A stretch of DNA of 64,000 nucleotides from Lysobacterales bacterium (lineage in GTDB: Bacteria; Pseudomonadota; Gammaproteobacteria; Xanthomonadales; SZUA-5), in the NCBI GenBank assembly GCA_022844165.1, contig JALHMH010000004.1, positions 1 to 64,000 on the forward strand, read 5' to 3'. The position numbers were made by a program, and so were the translations under genes. The first letter of the stretch is position 1, and the number at the start of each line of letters is the position of its first letter. The notes beneath the pieces were generated by a model. It was not told the origin of the DNA and searched no databases. It was given only the letters and a program-made list of their open reading frames with translations. This document shows positions 18,777-29,116 of the stretch, in pieces.

Positions 18777-20660
18777 ATGAGTTTTGACGCACTCGGGCTG
18801 TCGCCCGCGTTGTTGCGTGCTGTGGCCGAAGAGGGCTACGGCAGTCCCACCCCAATCCAACAGCAGTTCATTCCGCCGGTTCAAAGTGGGCGCGATGTGA
18901 TCGCTTATGCGCAGTCCGGCATGGGGAAAACGGCGGCGGTGGTGCTGTCGCTGCTGGAGCGGCTGTTTCCTGGTGGCACGCGTCAGCACCACGAGCGACC
19001 CAGAGCCTTGATTCTGACGGCAACGAACGAACAAGCGACGCAGTGGCAGAGCGCGTTTGAAAATTACGCTCGACATCTCGAACTTGACGTGCCGGTTTCG
19101 ATTGCACTGGCTGCTGATGCCAAAGTCGACACGGTGGACATTCTGGTGGCTACGCCGGAGGCTGCGGACAGTCTGTTCACCCAATGGCAGCAGATCGATC
19201 AGGTGCATGTGGTTTTGCTGGACGGTGTCGATGAGTGGCCCAACGACGGACAGGTTCTGCAGCGCTTGATCGACGTGCTGCCGAAGTCGCGGCAAACGCT
19301 CGTGATCGCCGCCAGCCCTTCGGAGGAAGTCGATCGGTTGGCAACGGACTTGATGTCGGAACCGGCCATCGTCCAGGTGCAGTCTCCGAGGCGCAATATT
19401 CCTGCGGTCGAACATCAAACCTGGGTCGTCGCACCCGGCCGAAAACGCGATGCCTTACAACATCTGATTTCTCAGAATCCCGAGCGGCAGTCGCTGGTGT
19501 TCTGTCGCACCAAACACGGCGCGGACAAAATCGCACGCTTTCTTGAGCGCTGGGGACATCTGGCGGCGGCATATCACGGCGCAAAAAGCCAAGGCGCCAG
19601 AGCGCGCGCGCTGGCTGGATTCACGAGCGGCGAGTTGAAGATTTTGGTTGCCACCGATATCGCCGCACGTCACTTCGATCTCACGGCCCTGCCGGTGGTC
19701 GTGAACTACGACTTTCCCTATGTTGCCGACGATTTCATTTCGCGGATCGCGAGAACCGGCCAGAGCGGTGGCGCGGGTGGACTGTCGTTGAATCTGGTCA
19801 CGCAAGACGACACGCCGCAGTACCGCGCAGTGCAGAGTTTGTTGGACGGCATCCTCGCGCCGGCGCCGCTGGAGGGCTTCGAGCCCGCAGAAGCCTTCGA
19901 CCCGAGCAAAGACCCGCCGCCGCGCGAAACGCGCGAGCCGCAGGAGCCACGTCCGCCGCGCCACCGCGCGCCAGCTCCAGCAACCGCAGAGTCGGCAGAT
20001 GGCGAGCCGCGGCGCAATCGTCGTCGCCGTGGCCGAAAAGAACGAGCACCAACGGCGCAGCCCTTGTCGCTGGAGGGATTGCCGGTCGATGAGGATGATC
20101 AGGCGCAGGCAATCGGCGCGGTGCGACCGGATGGCGAAGCGACGAACGCCGAACGCCCGCGTCGCGAGCGTCGGCGCCGCCGCAAGCGTAGCCCAGGCGA
20201 TGCAAATGCGCCAGTCGACTTGAGCAACGTGCTGGACGATGTCGATGCCGATGCCCAGGCCGATATCGACGATGACCGGCCGCAGCGCGGCAACTCGATT
20301 CACGCGCCGCCGATTCCGCAGTACCCGCAAGTGCGCGGACGGCGCCGTGGGCGGAGCGATCCGTTTGCGCCGGTGGTTGTCGACGAAAACCGCGCCAACG
20401 TGTTCGATGAGCGTCAACCCGATGACTTCCGCGATCAGTGGAGCGTCCTGGGCCCCGACGCCAGCCGTCCCGCCTGGACGTATGCCGATCACCGCCAGCC
20501 CAGCCCTGAAGTGCGTCGTGCGCCTGGCGCGCCGCGCAACGCCGCACCTCGTGGCACGCCTCGTGGCGCACCCCGGAGCGTTCATTCGGACGCAGCGCCA
20601 CGCGATGGTGCGCCTCGCGGTCGCCGTCGACAGCGCCCGCGGAGTGCCGCAGATCGCTAG
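18777..20660 (+). CDS. RhlE-like DEAD-box helicase homologue with degenerate motifs and a long Arg-rich disordered tail
   Basis: Q motif GYGSPTPIQ, AQSGMGKT, VFCRTK, HGAKSQGAR, ATDIAAR; motif II reads DGVD. Confidence 0.85.
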   Translation: MSFDALGLSPALLRAVAEEGYGSPTPIQQQFIPPVQSGRDVIAYAQSGMGKTAAVVLSLLERLFPGGTRQHHERPRALILTATNEQATQWQSAFENYARHLELDVPVSIALAADAKVDTVDILVATPEAADSLFTQWQQIDQVHVVLLDGVDEWPNDGQVLQRLIDVLPKSRQTLVIAASPSEEVDRLATDLMSEPAIVQVQSPRRNIPAVEHQTWVVAPGRKRDALQHLISQNPERQSLVFCRTKHGADKIARFLERWGHLAAAYHGAKSQGARARALAGFTSGELKILVATDIAARHFDLTALPVVVNYDFPYVADDFISRIARTGQSGGAGGLSLNLVTQDDTPQYRAVQSLLDGILAPAPLEGFEPAEAFDPSKDPPPRETREPQEPRPPRHRAPAPATAESADGEPRRNRRRRGRKERAPTAQPLSLEGLPVDEDDQAQAIGAVRPDGEATNAERPRRERRRRRKRSPGDANAPVDLSNVLDDVDADAQADIDDDRPQRGNSIHAPPIPQYPQVRGRRRGRSDPFAPVVVDENRANVFDERQPDDFRDQWSVLGPDASRPAWTYADHRQPSPEVRRAPGAPRNAAPRGTPRGAPRSVHSDAAPRDGAPRGRRRQRPRSAADR

Positions 20661-20896
20661 CGAGACTTCGCCTCAGACCGACGAGCATTGCTGGCTTCGT
20701 GCGACAGCGTACTCGCCACAACACCGCGCTCCGCATTTCCGGCCCGGCGGCACAGCCGCCGGTCGTTCGGCTCAGCACACGCCTTGCGGCGTGCAAGCGC
20801 CGATCCTCACCGCCCTTGACTCAAGGGGGCTTCAAGAGCCAAAGCTGCTTCGCGGAAAATTTGACTCATTGTCGAGATCAGTCTCCGTCAAGGACG
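20661..20896. mobile_element. MITE-like family B, copy 3
   Basis: flanked by a perfect CTAG direct repeat (20657-20660, which holds the helicase stop codon, and 20897-20900). Confidence 0.8.
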
Positions 20897-21181
20897 CTAG
20901 GCGAACCTGGTGTCTACTTGCAGAGTCTCGATGCATTCGAAGCCTATGGCATCGCCCATCGCGGCGTTGCTCATCCTCGCAATAGCGTTGGCTATTGCTG
21001 CGGTTCGCGCCTGTATCACCGGTTGCTGATGCAGCTTCACGCTCGCACTGTTCGCACGAAGACGGGTACAGGCGCGACAGCTCGCAAGCCTGAACGGCGC
21101 AATGAGAAGAAACACGCTATTCAACTGCTCATAAGGCAATAGATACATGAATCTACGGGCCTGGAAAAGCGGGCAACTGAG

Positions 21182-21388
21182 GAGCGGTTTGAATGACCTA
21201 CCGAGCGGGTCGAGAGCAAGGCGCACCGCGCGCAGGAACCGCAGTGGACATAGAGTCCATGAGGGTGAAGCGGTCTTTCGAGCGGCATGCCGCGAGCCGC
21301 TGAACGCCACGCAACTTGTTGCGTGGCCGGGGAGCGAGCACGGAGCAACGCAGCTATCGACCCGCGCAGTAGGTCATTCAAACCGCTC
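21182..21388. mobile_element. MITE family E
   Basis: perfect 20-bp TIR GAGCGGTTTGAATGACCTAC/GTAGGTCATTCAAACCGCTC; flanking direct repeat TGAG. Confidence 0.82.
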
Positions 21389-21416
21389 TGAGGCTTCCAG
21401 GTCCAATTCTCAGACC

Positions 21417-24176
21417 TCAAGTGCCGTGCTCTTCGCTCGGCGGTGCCGGCGCAAAGTAGCCCACTGCCGCCAGCAGCACGCCGACGCCGAGGAACGCGAC
21501 GATGCCGGGCAAATCGCCCAGGTATTGGCGGTCGACGATCAGCAGTTTCACCACGACGATGCCGGCCAGCGTGACGCCCGCCATCCACAGCGGTCTGCGC
21601 ATGGTGCGCGCGCCAACAATCATTCCGCCGATGCCCAGGATCGTCCAGACGATCGACAGTGCGGACTGTGAAACGCGGTCGCCGAAGAGCGTTACTGACC
21701 ACGGCAAGTCGGCCAGATGGTGCACGCCGCGCAACGTTGCGGCGGTGATCAACAAGAATGCAACGCCGATCAGCAATTGCCGCATGCCGCGCGGTTCATG
21801 GAGCTGCGCGCTCATTTGCCAAAGCAGAAACAGTACCGCAATCTGCATCAGCTCCAGTGGATTGACGATGGGTGCCGTTGGCAGGCTCGACGATGCGCCG
21901 GCGCTAAACAGGCTGATAAACAACCAACCGCCCAAAGCCAGGAACATCGGCAGGCCCAGTGTGGGCACTCGCTCGGGCGACATGGGCATGGCGAGCAGCT
22001 GTGGTGCACGCCATGCGAGCACCGCGCCGATCAGCCATGGCAACGCCAGCATGACCATTGCCGCCGAAAGCTGAATGTCATCGCCGGCTTTCATGTAGCC
22101 GGTGTGCGACAAGAGCCAGGCGAGCGCCGCAAGCATTGAGGCGTGTACCAGCGCGATGGCGTCCAGGGTGCGGATCGTCCCTAACCCAACGGCGAAGTAC
22201 AGCACCCAGAGGGACCAGGCGCCGCCGCTGATGGCACCCTCGTGCGCGACCGTGGCCAATACCGCCAGTGGCAGCGCAGCAGCCATCGCAGCGGCGCCCA
22301 GCCAGCACATCCGGGAAAAATTCGCGAGTGCTTTGCTCACAGCGCCAATCAACATCAGCAGTGCCAAAGGCACGGTCACCCAGTGCAGTTGCTCATGGGC
22401 GACATGCACATCGATTTGATCGATGCAGGCGATGGCGTAGCTGATCGTGCCAAAGAGGAAAAGCAATGGCGCCAGTCGCGACGACTCTTCCCGATCCAGC
22501 AGCCAGGTGCCGATCCAGGCGCTGACAATAATCAGCACTGCGCCCGTCAGGCGCACCGTTGCATACGAATCGCCGCTGTTCTCGACGTAGAAGTACAACC
22601 ACGTGACGCCTGCCGCCAACATCAGTAATCCGCCCATCGCGCGCAGCGCCGTGCTGCGCTGCGCCAGACCCAGCCAGACGAACGCCAGTCCCTCCAACGC
22701 CCACACGCCTTGTGTCCACTTTGCGCCGAATGCCAGCGGTACGGCGATTGTTGCGAAGCCGCCGGCAAGCAACAGGTAGCTGTTGGACAGCGTTTGCGCG
22801 TCTTCTTTCTTGAGCACTGATATCGCCAGCACGCTATGCACCACCGCCACAAACAGCGCACTCCACGCGAGCTGCAAATCGTTGCCATCCAGCAACGCCG
22901 ATTGCAGGCCGAAGGCGATCAGAGGCGTGCCAAATACCAGTGTGCCGTCGACCCATAAACCCTGTTGCGAGGGTTTCTTGAACGCGTACAAGTAACCGAC
23001 ACCCACATAGAACAGGAAAAACAGGATCAGGAAGGGTTGGACATTGCCGTAATGCTCTGGTGCGTAGTACTGAGCGCCCCACATCAGGCCGACACCAAAG
23101 GTGGCGACAAAGCCCACCAGATTCAGTGCGCGCCACGCGCGCATCCAGGCGGCGGCGAAAATGAAGGCGTTGAGCACCGCGTAGAAACCAAAGAGCGCGA
23201 CGTAATTGCCTGAACCGGTCGACGCCAGAATCGGTGCCGCGAAGCCGCCGATGGAAGCGAATACCGCGATTAACTGCGCCGATTGCCGCACCGCGATCAC
23301 CAGGCCCGCGCCGGCTAACAGGACCATCAGCACAAATGCCGTTGTGGGCGAAATCAACTGGTACAAACGCAGGGCCGCATAGACGACCAGATACAACGTA
23401 CCAATAGCGCCGCCTTGCATCGTCAGCGAGAAAGTGGGTCGTGCAGCGCGCTGGCGCCAGCCGAAGACAAAGGCACCGATCGCAGCCGCAGCAATTGCCG
23501 CAAGGCGCATTGCAGGCGGGAAGCTGACCCACGCTTGATCGACCGCATATTTCAGCAGCGCGCCGACGCCAGCCAAGACCAGGAGCACGCCCACTTTGAC
23601 CGGCGCATTGCCTTCGGTGAAGAAGCGCACGATGGCGCTGGCACCACGCGCCACGGCATCGTTTTCTGTGCGCAAGGCAGGCGCGGGCGCTGCTCGTCGC
23701 CGTGAGCGTGGATCAATGTCATCTGGCGGCAGCGGCGGTGGTAAGGTGTCGCGCGACGCTCGTTCCGGTTTTCGCGACAGCGGCGTAAACGCGGGCGTGG
23801 GTTCCCGCCTCGTATCCGGCACCGGCGCGGGTTCCCGGGCTTCGAATCGCGCCGGCCCGACGGGTGTCTGCAGCCGTGCGTCAGCGACCACTTCAGGCAC
23901 GTCGATCGGATCGCCGGTTTCGTCCGGCTCGCTTTCGGCAACGGTAGCGGCCGGCGTGGGTGGCGCCGTTGCGCGCGAACGCAACAGGCGAGCCTCCAGT
24001 GCCGCGATTTCGGAGCGACTGAGCTGAATTTGCCGCTCCAGCCCATCAACGCGTTCTCGCTGGCGCTGCGAGGACCACCACAGAATCGCTGCCAGACCCC
24101 AGGCAATCACCGCGCCCAGGTTTTCGTCGAATAGAATAATCAGCAGGCCAAGGCCAAACAGCCACCAGATTCCCAT
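21417..24176 (-). CDS. DUF2339 family polytopic membrane protein
   Basis: FFTEGNAPVKVGVLLVLAGVGALLKY, GGFAAPILASTGSGN, KLLIVD..G..LLAAVGYFAP. Confidence 0.9.
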   Translation of the reverse strand: MGIWWLFGLGLLIILFDENLGAVIAWGLAAILWWSSQRQRERVDGLERQIQLSRSEIAALEARLLRSRATAPPTPAATVAESEPDETGDPIDVPEVVADARLQTPVGPARFEAREPAPVPDTRREPTPAFTPLSRKPERASRDTLPPPLPPDDIDPRSRRRAAPAPALRTENDAVARGASAIVRFFTEGNAPVKVGVLLVLAGVGALLKYAVDQAWVSFPPAMRLAAIAAAAIGAFVFGWRQRAARPTFSLTMQGGAIGTLYLVVYAALRLYQLISPTTAFVLMVLLAGAGLVIAVRQSAQLIAVFASIGGFAAPILASTGSGNYVALFGFYAVLNAFIFAAAWMRAWRALNLVGFVATFGVGLMWGAQYYAPEHYGNVQPFLILFFLFYVGVGYLYAFKKPSQQGLWVDGTLVFGTPLIAFGLQSALLDGNDLQLAWSALFVAVVHSVLAISVLKKEDAQTLSNSYLLLAGGFATIAVPLAFGAKWTQGVWALEGLAFVWLGLAQRSTALRAMGGLLMLAAGVTWLYFYVENSGDSYATVRLTGAVLIIVSAWIGTWLLDREESSRLAPLLFLFGTISYAIACIDQIDVHVAHEQLHWVTVPLALLMLIGAVSKALANFSRMCWLGAAAMAAALPLAVLATVAHEGAISGGAWSLWVLYFAVGLGTIRTLDAIALVHASMLAALAWLLSHTGYMKAGDDIQLSAAMVMLALPWLIGAVLAWRAPQLLAMPMSPERVPTLGLPMFLALGGWLFISLFSAGASSSLPTAPIVNPLELMQIAVLFLLWQMSAQLHEPRGMRQLLIGVAFLLITAATLRGVHHLADLPWSVTLFGDRVSQSALSIVWTILGIGGMIVGARTMRRPLWMAGVTLAGIVVVKLLIVDRQYLGDLPGIVAFLGVGVLLAAVGYFAPAPPSEEHGT

Positions 24177-24284
24177 TCGCGAGTTCCCCTTTGCTGCCGT
24201 TGATTGAGGATGCCGTGAAAGCGCGAACTGTGCAAAGTGCATTGGGCATGGCAACATCGCCCACGATTGTTCTGGATCAAACGC

Positions 24285-25184
24285 ATGACATCCACGGCAG
24301 ACCGTCTCGTTGTTGCGATTTCCTCGCGAGCGCTATTCGATCTTTCTGACGAACATGCGCTGTTCGAGCGCGACGGCCTGGACGCGTATCAGGCCTATCA
24401 GCTGGCGAACGAAAATCAAATCCTGAAACCCGGCATTGCATTCGTGCTGGTGCAGAAGCTGCTGCGTCTGAACCGACTCGCGCCAGAGACGCCTAAGGTT
24501 GAGGTGATACTGCTGTCGCGCAACAGCGGCAATTCCGGCTTGCGTATCTTCAACTCCATCGAACACTACGGTCTGGACATCGCACGCGCTGCGTTCACCA
24601 ACGGTGCGCCGCCGTATCAGTACATCGAGCCCTTCGCGGCGAACCTTTTCTTGTCGGCGCACGCCGACGATGTGCGCCAGGCCCTGGATGCAGGCTATGC
24701 CGCGGCGAGTATTTTGCCGTCCAAATCGAGCCAAAGCGATCACCCCGAGTTGCGCATCGCGTTCGATGGCGACGCCGTATTGTTTTCCGATGAGGCCGAG
24801 CGCGTCAGTCACGAACAAGGTCTGGATCGTTTTCACGAGTCGGAAAAGGCGCTCGCCCAGGAACCGCTGAGCGGCGGTCCGTTCCGATCCGTGTTGCACG
24901 CGTTGCATCGCATCCAGGCTGCGTTCCCGGCAGAAGAATCGCCGATTCGTACGGCGCTGGTCACTGCGCGTTCGGCCCCCGCGCACAAACGTGTGATCCT
25001 GACCTTGCGCGAATGGGGCGTGCGCCTCGACGAGGCCCTGTTTCTCGGTGGCCGCGACAAAGGCCCGTTCCTGGCGGCCTTCGGCGCGGACATCTTTTTC
25101 GACGACCAGCGCCGCAATGCTGAAAACGCATCGCGCTATGTTCCCACGGGTCACGTACCGCATGGAGTTGCCAATTCGCGATGA
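24285..25184 (+). CDS. 5'-nucleotidase (cN-I-like, HAD)
   Basis: LVVAISSRALFDL, LRIAFDGDAVLFSDE, TALVTARSAPAH, DIFFDDQ, HVPHG. Confidence 0.93.
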   Translation: MTSTADRLVVAISSRALFDLSDEHALFERDGLDAYQAYQLANENQILKPGIAFVLVQKLLRLNRLAPETPKVEVILLSRNSGNSGLRIFNSIEHYGLDIARAAFTNGAPPYQYIEPFAANLFLSAHADDVRQALDAGYAAASILPSKSSQSDHPELRIAFDGDAVLFSDEAERVSHEQGLDRFHESEKALAQEPLSGGPFRSVLHALHRIQAAFPAEESPIRTALVTARSAPAHKRVILTLREWGVRLDEALFLGGRDKGPFLAAFGADIFFDDQRRNAENASRYVPTGHVPHGVANSR

Positions 25185-25927
25185 GTTTGATTGTGCTCGA
25201 TAACATCACAACCGTGCTGGTGCACACCTCGCATCCCGGCAACATCGGCTCGTCCGCGCGCGCGATGAAGACCATGGGTTTGTCTAACCTGACCTTGGTG
25301 CACCCACAAATCTATCCTGACGCCGAGGCGAACGCGCTGGCCTCCGGCGCCGAAGACGTACTCGAAAGCGCGCGCATCGTGCCAACGCTGGAGCAGGCAC
25401 TGTCCGGCGCGTCCGTGGTGTTTGGCTGCAGCGCGCGCAAGCGCGGCATTCGTATGCAAGAACTCGATGCCCGCAGCGCCGCCAAACTGGCCGTCGATGC
25501 CGCCGTCAATGGCAAGGTCGCCTTCGTGCATGGCACCGAACGCACCGGCCTGACCAACGAAGAACTCGAACTCTGCCAGTTCCTGGTGACCATTCCGGCG
25601 AATCCCGAATACAGCTCGCTCAACCTCGCCGCAGCCGTGCAAGTCTTAAGCTACGAGCTGCGCATGGAAGCCCTGTCCCGCGGCGAGCCGGCCGAAAGCG
25701 ACGAGCCGCACATCCCAGCATCCGTGGAAGATCTCGAGCGCTTCTTCGAACATCTTGAACAAGTGCTCGATCTGATTGGATTCCTGGGCGACCGCGTATC
25801 GACCAAACTCATGCGCCGCCTGCGCCGCATGTATCAGCGCGCCATGCCCGACGAACGCGAAGTCAACATCCTGCGCGGCATCCTCACCGAAACCGAAATC
25901 GCCGTCCGCGGACGCGGCCAGCGCTAA
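25181..25927 (+). CDS. trmJ: tRNA C32/U32 2'-O-methyltransferase (SPOUT)
   Basis: TSHPGNIGSSARAMKTMG, GTERTGLTNEEL, IPANPEYSSLNLAAAVQ, EVNILRGIL. Confidence 0.93.
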   Translation: MSLIVLDNITTVLVHTSHPGNIGSSARAMKTMGLSNLTLVHPQIYPDAEANALASGAEDVLESARIVPTLEQALSGASVVFGCSARKRGIRMQELDARSAAKLAVDAAVNGKVAFVHGTERTGLTNEELELCQFLVTIPANPEYSSLNLAAAVQVLSYELRMEALSRGEPAESDEPHIPASVEDLERFFEHLEQVLDLIGFLGDRVSTKLMRRLRRMYQRAMPDEREVNILRGILTETEIAVRGRGQR

Positions 25928-25932
25928 CCCCT

Positions 25933-26044
25933 GTGCGTCGCGATATAGCGCGACGCTGTGCGCGGTTCCCTCCAGGACACGATCTTCCCCCGTGGGTCGC
26001 GCTATAGCGCGACGCTGTGCGCTGTTCCCTCCAGGACACGATCG
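25933..26044. repeat. two tandem 59-bp units, each with a REP-like palindrome
   Basis: GTG(C/G)GTCGCG(A/C)TATAGCGCGAC..CCAGGACACGATC at 25933 and 25992. Confidence 0.75.
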
Positions 26045-26097
26045 TCTGCCCCGCGACGCCGTCTTCTGTTCCGAGCAGACTCACGATCACCCCCCAG

Positions 26098-26128
26098 ATC
26101 TAAATCGCCTCCACCACCAGCCGCGCCA
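26098..26128 (-). repeat. duplicate of the last codons of leuB
   Basis: matches 26581-26611 at 30 of 31 positions (encodes ARLVVEAI-stop). Confidence 0.9.
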
Positions 26129-26162
26129 CGGTGGTGGTAAGGGCGAACTGGTGGTTCGACTT

Positions 26163-26561
26163 TCACGCCGAGGAAAGCCTGCTCTGTAAATCAATAACTG
26201 AGTTAATCCACTCATCTGTGCCCGCGTCAGCCCAAACCTCTTGGAGTTCCGAGCCATTCACCACTATTTGGATTGAAGATTTGGCAAGATCGACAAGAGA
26301 CGCGCTAGGTTTTGGCTTTCCCTCAATCCACCGGCTAACACGATCCGGAATTTTGTGGAAGGGCCGACCCAAGAGAGCCGCCACAACTTCTCCAGCGGCT
26401 ATCGCGTTGGAACACTCAGGCATTTCCAAATACTCACCATCAGCTTCTGAGATCCTCCGAAAGGCGGACTCTAGGACAGACAGTCCTTCGCTCTCTTCCA
26501 ATTTCCTGAGCCAATCCATTGCATCGTCGTTTTCAAAACTCTGATGTCCCCACGCACCCAT
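26163..26561 (-). CDS. DUF4259 family protein
   Basis: MGAWGHQSFENDDAMDW start, AIAAGEVVAA, SELQEVW..DLQSRL; good SD GAGGAG; lower GC than flanks. Confidence 0.88.
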   Translation of the reverse strand: MGAWGHQSFENDDAMDWLRKLEESEGLSVLESAFRRISEADGEYLEMPECSNAIAAGEVVAALLGRPFHKIPDRVSRWIEGKPKPSASLVDLAKSSIQIVVNGSELQEVWADAGTDEWINSVIDLQSRLSSA

Positions 26562-26582
26562 TCCATTCTCCTCATTGAAAAT

Positions 26583-27635
26583 CTAGATCGCCTCCACCAC
26601 CAGCCGCGCCATCGCATCCGTCCCAATCGGATTGTCCTGCGACAAATCCGCCGTGCGCGCCCCGCCATGCAGCACGTCCGAGACCGCCTTCTCGATCGCC
26701 GCCGCCTCGGCCTCCAGCTGAAAGCTCCAACGCAACATCATCGCCACGCTCAAGATTGTGCCGATGGGATTGGCGATATTGCGCCCCGCAATGTCCGGCG
26801 CACTGCCGTGGATCGGCTCGTATACCCCCGGTCCACCCGAACCAATCGAGGCGCTCGGCAACAGCCCCAACGAGCCGGCAAGCACCGCGGCCTCATCCGT
26901 CAAGATATCGCCAAAAAGATTCTCGGTCACGATCACATCGAAGGCGCTCGGTTTGCTGATCAGGTGCATCGCCATCGAATCGACCAACTGATGTTCGATC
27001 GCCACATCGGGAAACTCATCGCGCATCACGCGCGTCGTCACTTCCCGCCACAAGCGCGAGGTTTCCAGCACATTCGCCTTGTCGACCTGCGTCACCCGTT
27101 TGCCGCGAGCCTTCGCCAATCGCCCGGCAACACGCACCACCCGCTCCACTTCACCCACGCTGTAGCGACAACCATCGATCGCAACATCGCCCTCGCGACG
27201 CTTCTCGCCAAAGTAGATCCCGCCCGTCAATTCGCGCACCACCAGCAAATCCACACCGCGCAAACGATCCGCCTTGATCGGCACCAGATCGATCAGCGCC
27301 GGATGCACCGTCACCGGCCGCAGGTTCGCAAACAAACCCAGCTCCGAGCGCAGCCGCAGCAAACCCTGCTCCGGCCGCACCTTCGACTGCGGATCGCTCC
27401 ACTTCGGGCCACCCACCGCCCCTAACAAAATCGCATCGCTGTCACGGCACAGCGCCAACGTCGCATCCGGCAACGGCGCCCCGCACGCATCAATCGCCGC
27501 GCCACCAATCAGCGCCTGCCGAGTCTCCACCGAATGCCCAAACCGCTGCGCCACCCGATCCAACACCCCAAGCCCCGCCACCGTCACCTCAGGCCCAATC
27601 CCATCCCCCGGCAACACCGCGATGCGCATATGCAT
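26583..27635 (-). CDS. leuB: 3-isopropylmalate dehydrogenase
   Basis: [60 protein letters not shown]. Confidence 0.97.
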   Translation of the reverse strand: MHMRIAVLPGDGIGPEVTVAGLGVLDRVAQRFGHSVETRQALIGGAAIDACGAPLPDATLALCRDSDAILLGAVGGPKWSDPQSKVRPEQGLLRLRSELGLFANLRPVTVHPALIDLVPIKADRLRGVDLLVVRELTGGIYFGEKRREGDVAIDGCRYSVGEVERVVRVAGRLAKARGKRVTQVDKANVLETSRLWREVTTRVMRDEFPDVAIEHQLVDSMAMHLISKPSAFDVIVTENLFGDILTDEAAVLAGSLGLLPSASIGSGGPGVYEPIHGSAPDIAGRNIANPIGTILSVAMMLRWSFQLEAEAAAIEKAVSDVLHGGARTADLSQDNPIGTDAMARLVVEAI

Positions 27636-27815
27636 GAAGCCACACCTCAAAACAAAGAGCACCGAAGGCTAACGAGATCGGGGGGAGTAAGCCAACCTTG
27701 GAGGCGAAAGACGCTGGGTTCGCTGCTGTTGCCTGTGTTGGGACCGGGGCTGTTCGCTGGGCCGCCATATGGCGGCTGCTGGCTGCACCCTGCTTCCGCG
27801 CCCGCGTCGTGCCTT

Positions 27816-28829
27816 TCAGCGCTCGAAATGTGGGTGTTGCAAGGCCCGCACGCGATCGGCATCGGCTGTTCGGCCGCGGTGGTGTAGCTCGGCGGCAACG
27901 CCGTCGATGATCTGCGCAACGATCTCCCGATCCCAATCGATAGATTCCGCGAGTCCCGCACGCCACCATGGGTTATCGGTAGCTTCGACGATCGAGCGCA
28001 AAGATAGGTCGAGATCAGATTGGGCCGGATTGGTGGCGTCCAGTGCAGTGTAGGCAGCAACGAGCGCACGCACTGGATCGTCGCCGATGATCGCCTTGGC
28101 CTCCTCAGTGCGGTTGGCTTGCGTCAGCGAATGCGCAACTCTGGCGATCATCGAGGCCGAGAGGAATCTGTCGGGCGTGTCGCCTGGAGGGGTCTCGGCT
28201 CGCAGCCGTGCCATGTGGCTCGCATGCAGCGCGGCGCGATCGAGGTTCTCCAGCTGCAATGCGTTGCCAAGCGCGATATTGAGTGCCAGTGGCAGCATCG
28301 TGTCGGGCAGGTCCGCGTACATCTCCGAGTCGCGCAACATGTCGAGGAACATCACGCGGGCATCGAGATGCGGCGCGGCGAGTTCAGGCTGCTTGGCGAG
28401 GTCGATACCCAAATGATTCGACACCGTCTCAAACCAGTAGTTGGTGAATTCATCGCGCTCTGGTTGGCCCAGGTATTCCGCTTGCGCGGCAATGACCAGG
28501 CGCGCTGCCTCGGTCAACTGCTTGCGTTTGGAATAAGCCAGTGCCAGTCGCAGCCCAAGGTTCGCGCGCACGAAGGCATCGGTGCTCGGGTTGGCCAAGT
28601 CCGCACGCATGCGCGCCTCCACCGCCGCGCTGGTCTCCGGCTCGCCGGCCTTGTCGCATTGGAGGATCCACATCCCGCCCGACCGGTCCAAACTCCCTTT
28701 GCCCCCGTTTAAAAAGGCTCGCGCCTCGGCACACCCCGCGACGTTGTAATCCAGCTCAGACTCCGCCATTGCCGGCTGACCGACGCATGCCGCAAACACG
28801 ATAAGGCAGCGGTGAAACTTGAAAGCCAT
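27816..28829 (-). CDS. secreted alpha-helical hypothetical protein
   Basis: signal peptide (PAMA-ES), SD GGAGG, 337-aa ORF with TPR-like helical character. Confidence 0.6.
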   Translation of the reverse strand: MAFKFHRCLIVFAACVGQPAMAESELDYNVAGCAEARAFLNGGKGSLDRSGGMWILQCDKAGEPETSAAVEARMRADLANPSTDAFVRANLGLRLALAYSKRKQLTEAARLVIAAQAEYLGQPERDEFTNYWFETVSNHLGIDLAKQPELAAPHLDARVMFLDMLRDSEMYADLPDTMLPLALNIALGNALQLENLDRAALHASHMARLRAETPPGDTPDRFLSASMIARVAHSLTQANRTEEAKAIIGDDPVRALVAAYTALDATNPAQSDLDLSLRSIVEATDNPWWRAGLAESIDWDREIVAQIIDGVAAELHHRGRTADADRVRALQHPHFER

Positions 28830-29116
28830 GGTTAACCTCCAGCGGATGCCAACAGCGATGGACTTCAGACCTCAAACCAGCGCCGGCACGACCACTTTCA
28901 GCATGTGCAGGCGGTAGAGTCGATGGGCAGCGAAGCTACTGAACGAAAGCTACGCAAATTCGCGAAGACGAGGGCCATTTCCAGATTTGCAGATGCCCGG
29001 CGAGCCAAATGGCCGGACTGGCGATTCAACTCGACATCAATCTCGCTGGTCCCCGCGTCACTCGGTCTCGCGCGTCTTGAGATCGACGCACCAGGAACGG
29101 CGGCATGAATCGATGG

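Noticed and set aside
19455-20796. Long antisense ORFs (also 6635-7852, 45934-46791, 54891-56297, 57266-58141)
   Set aside because: These are shadow frames of real genes in GC-rich DNA and carry no recognisable motifs.
27636-27815. Leucine attenuator upstream of leuB
   Set aside because: No Leu-rich leader peptide or terminator/antiterminator pair was identified.
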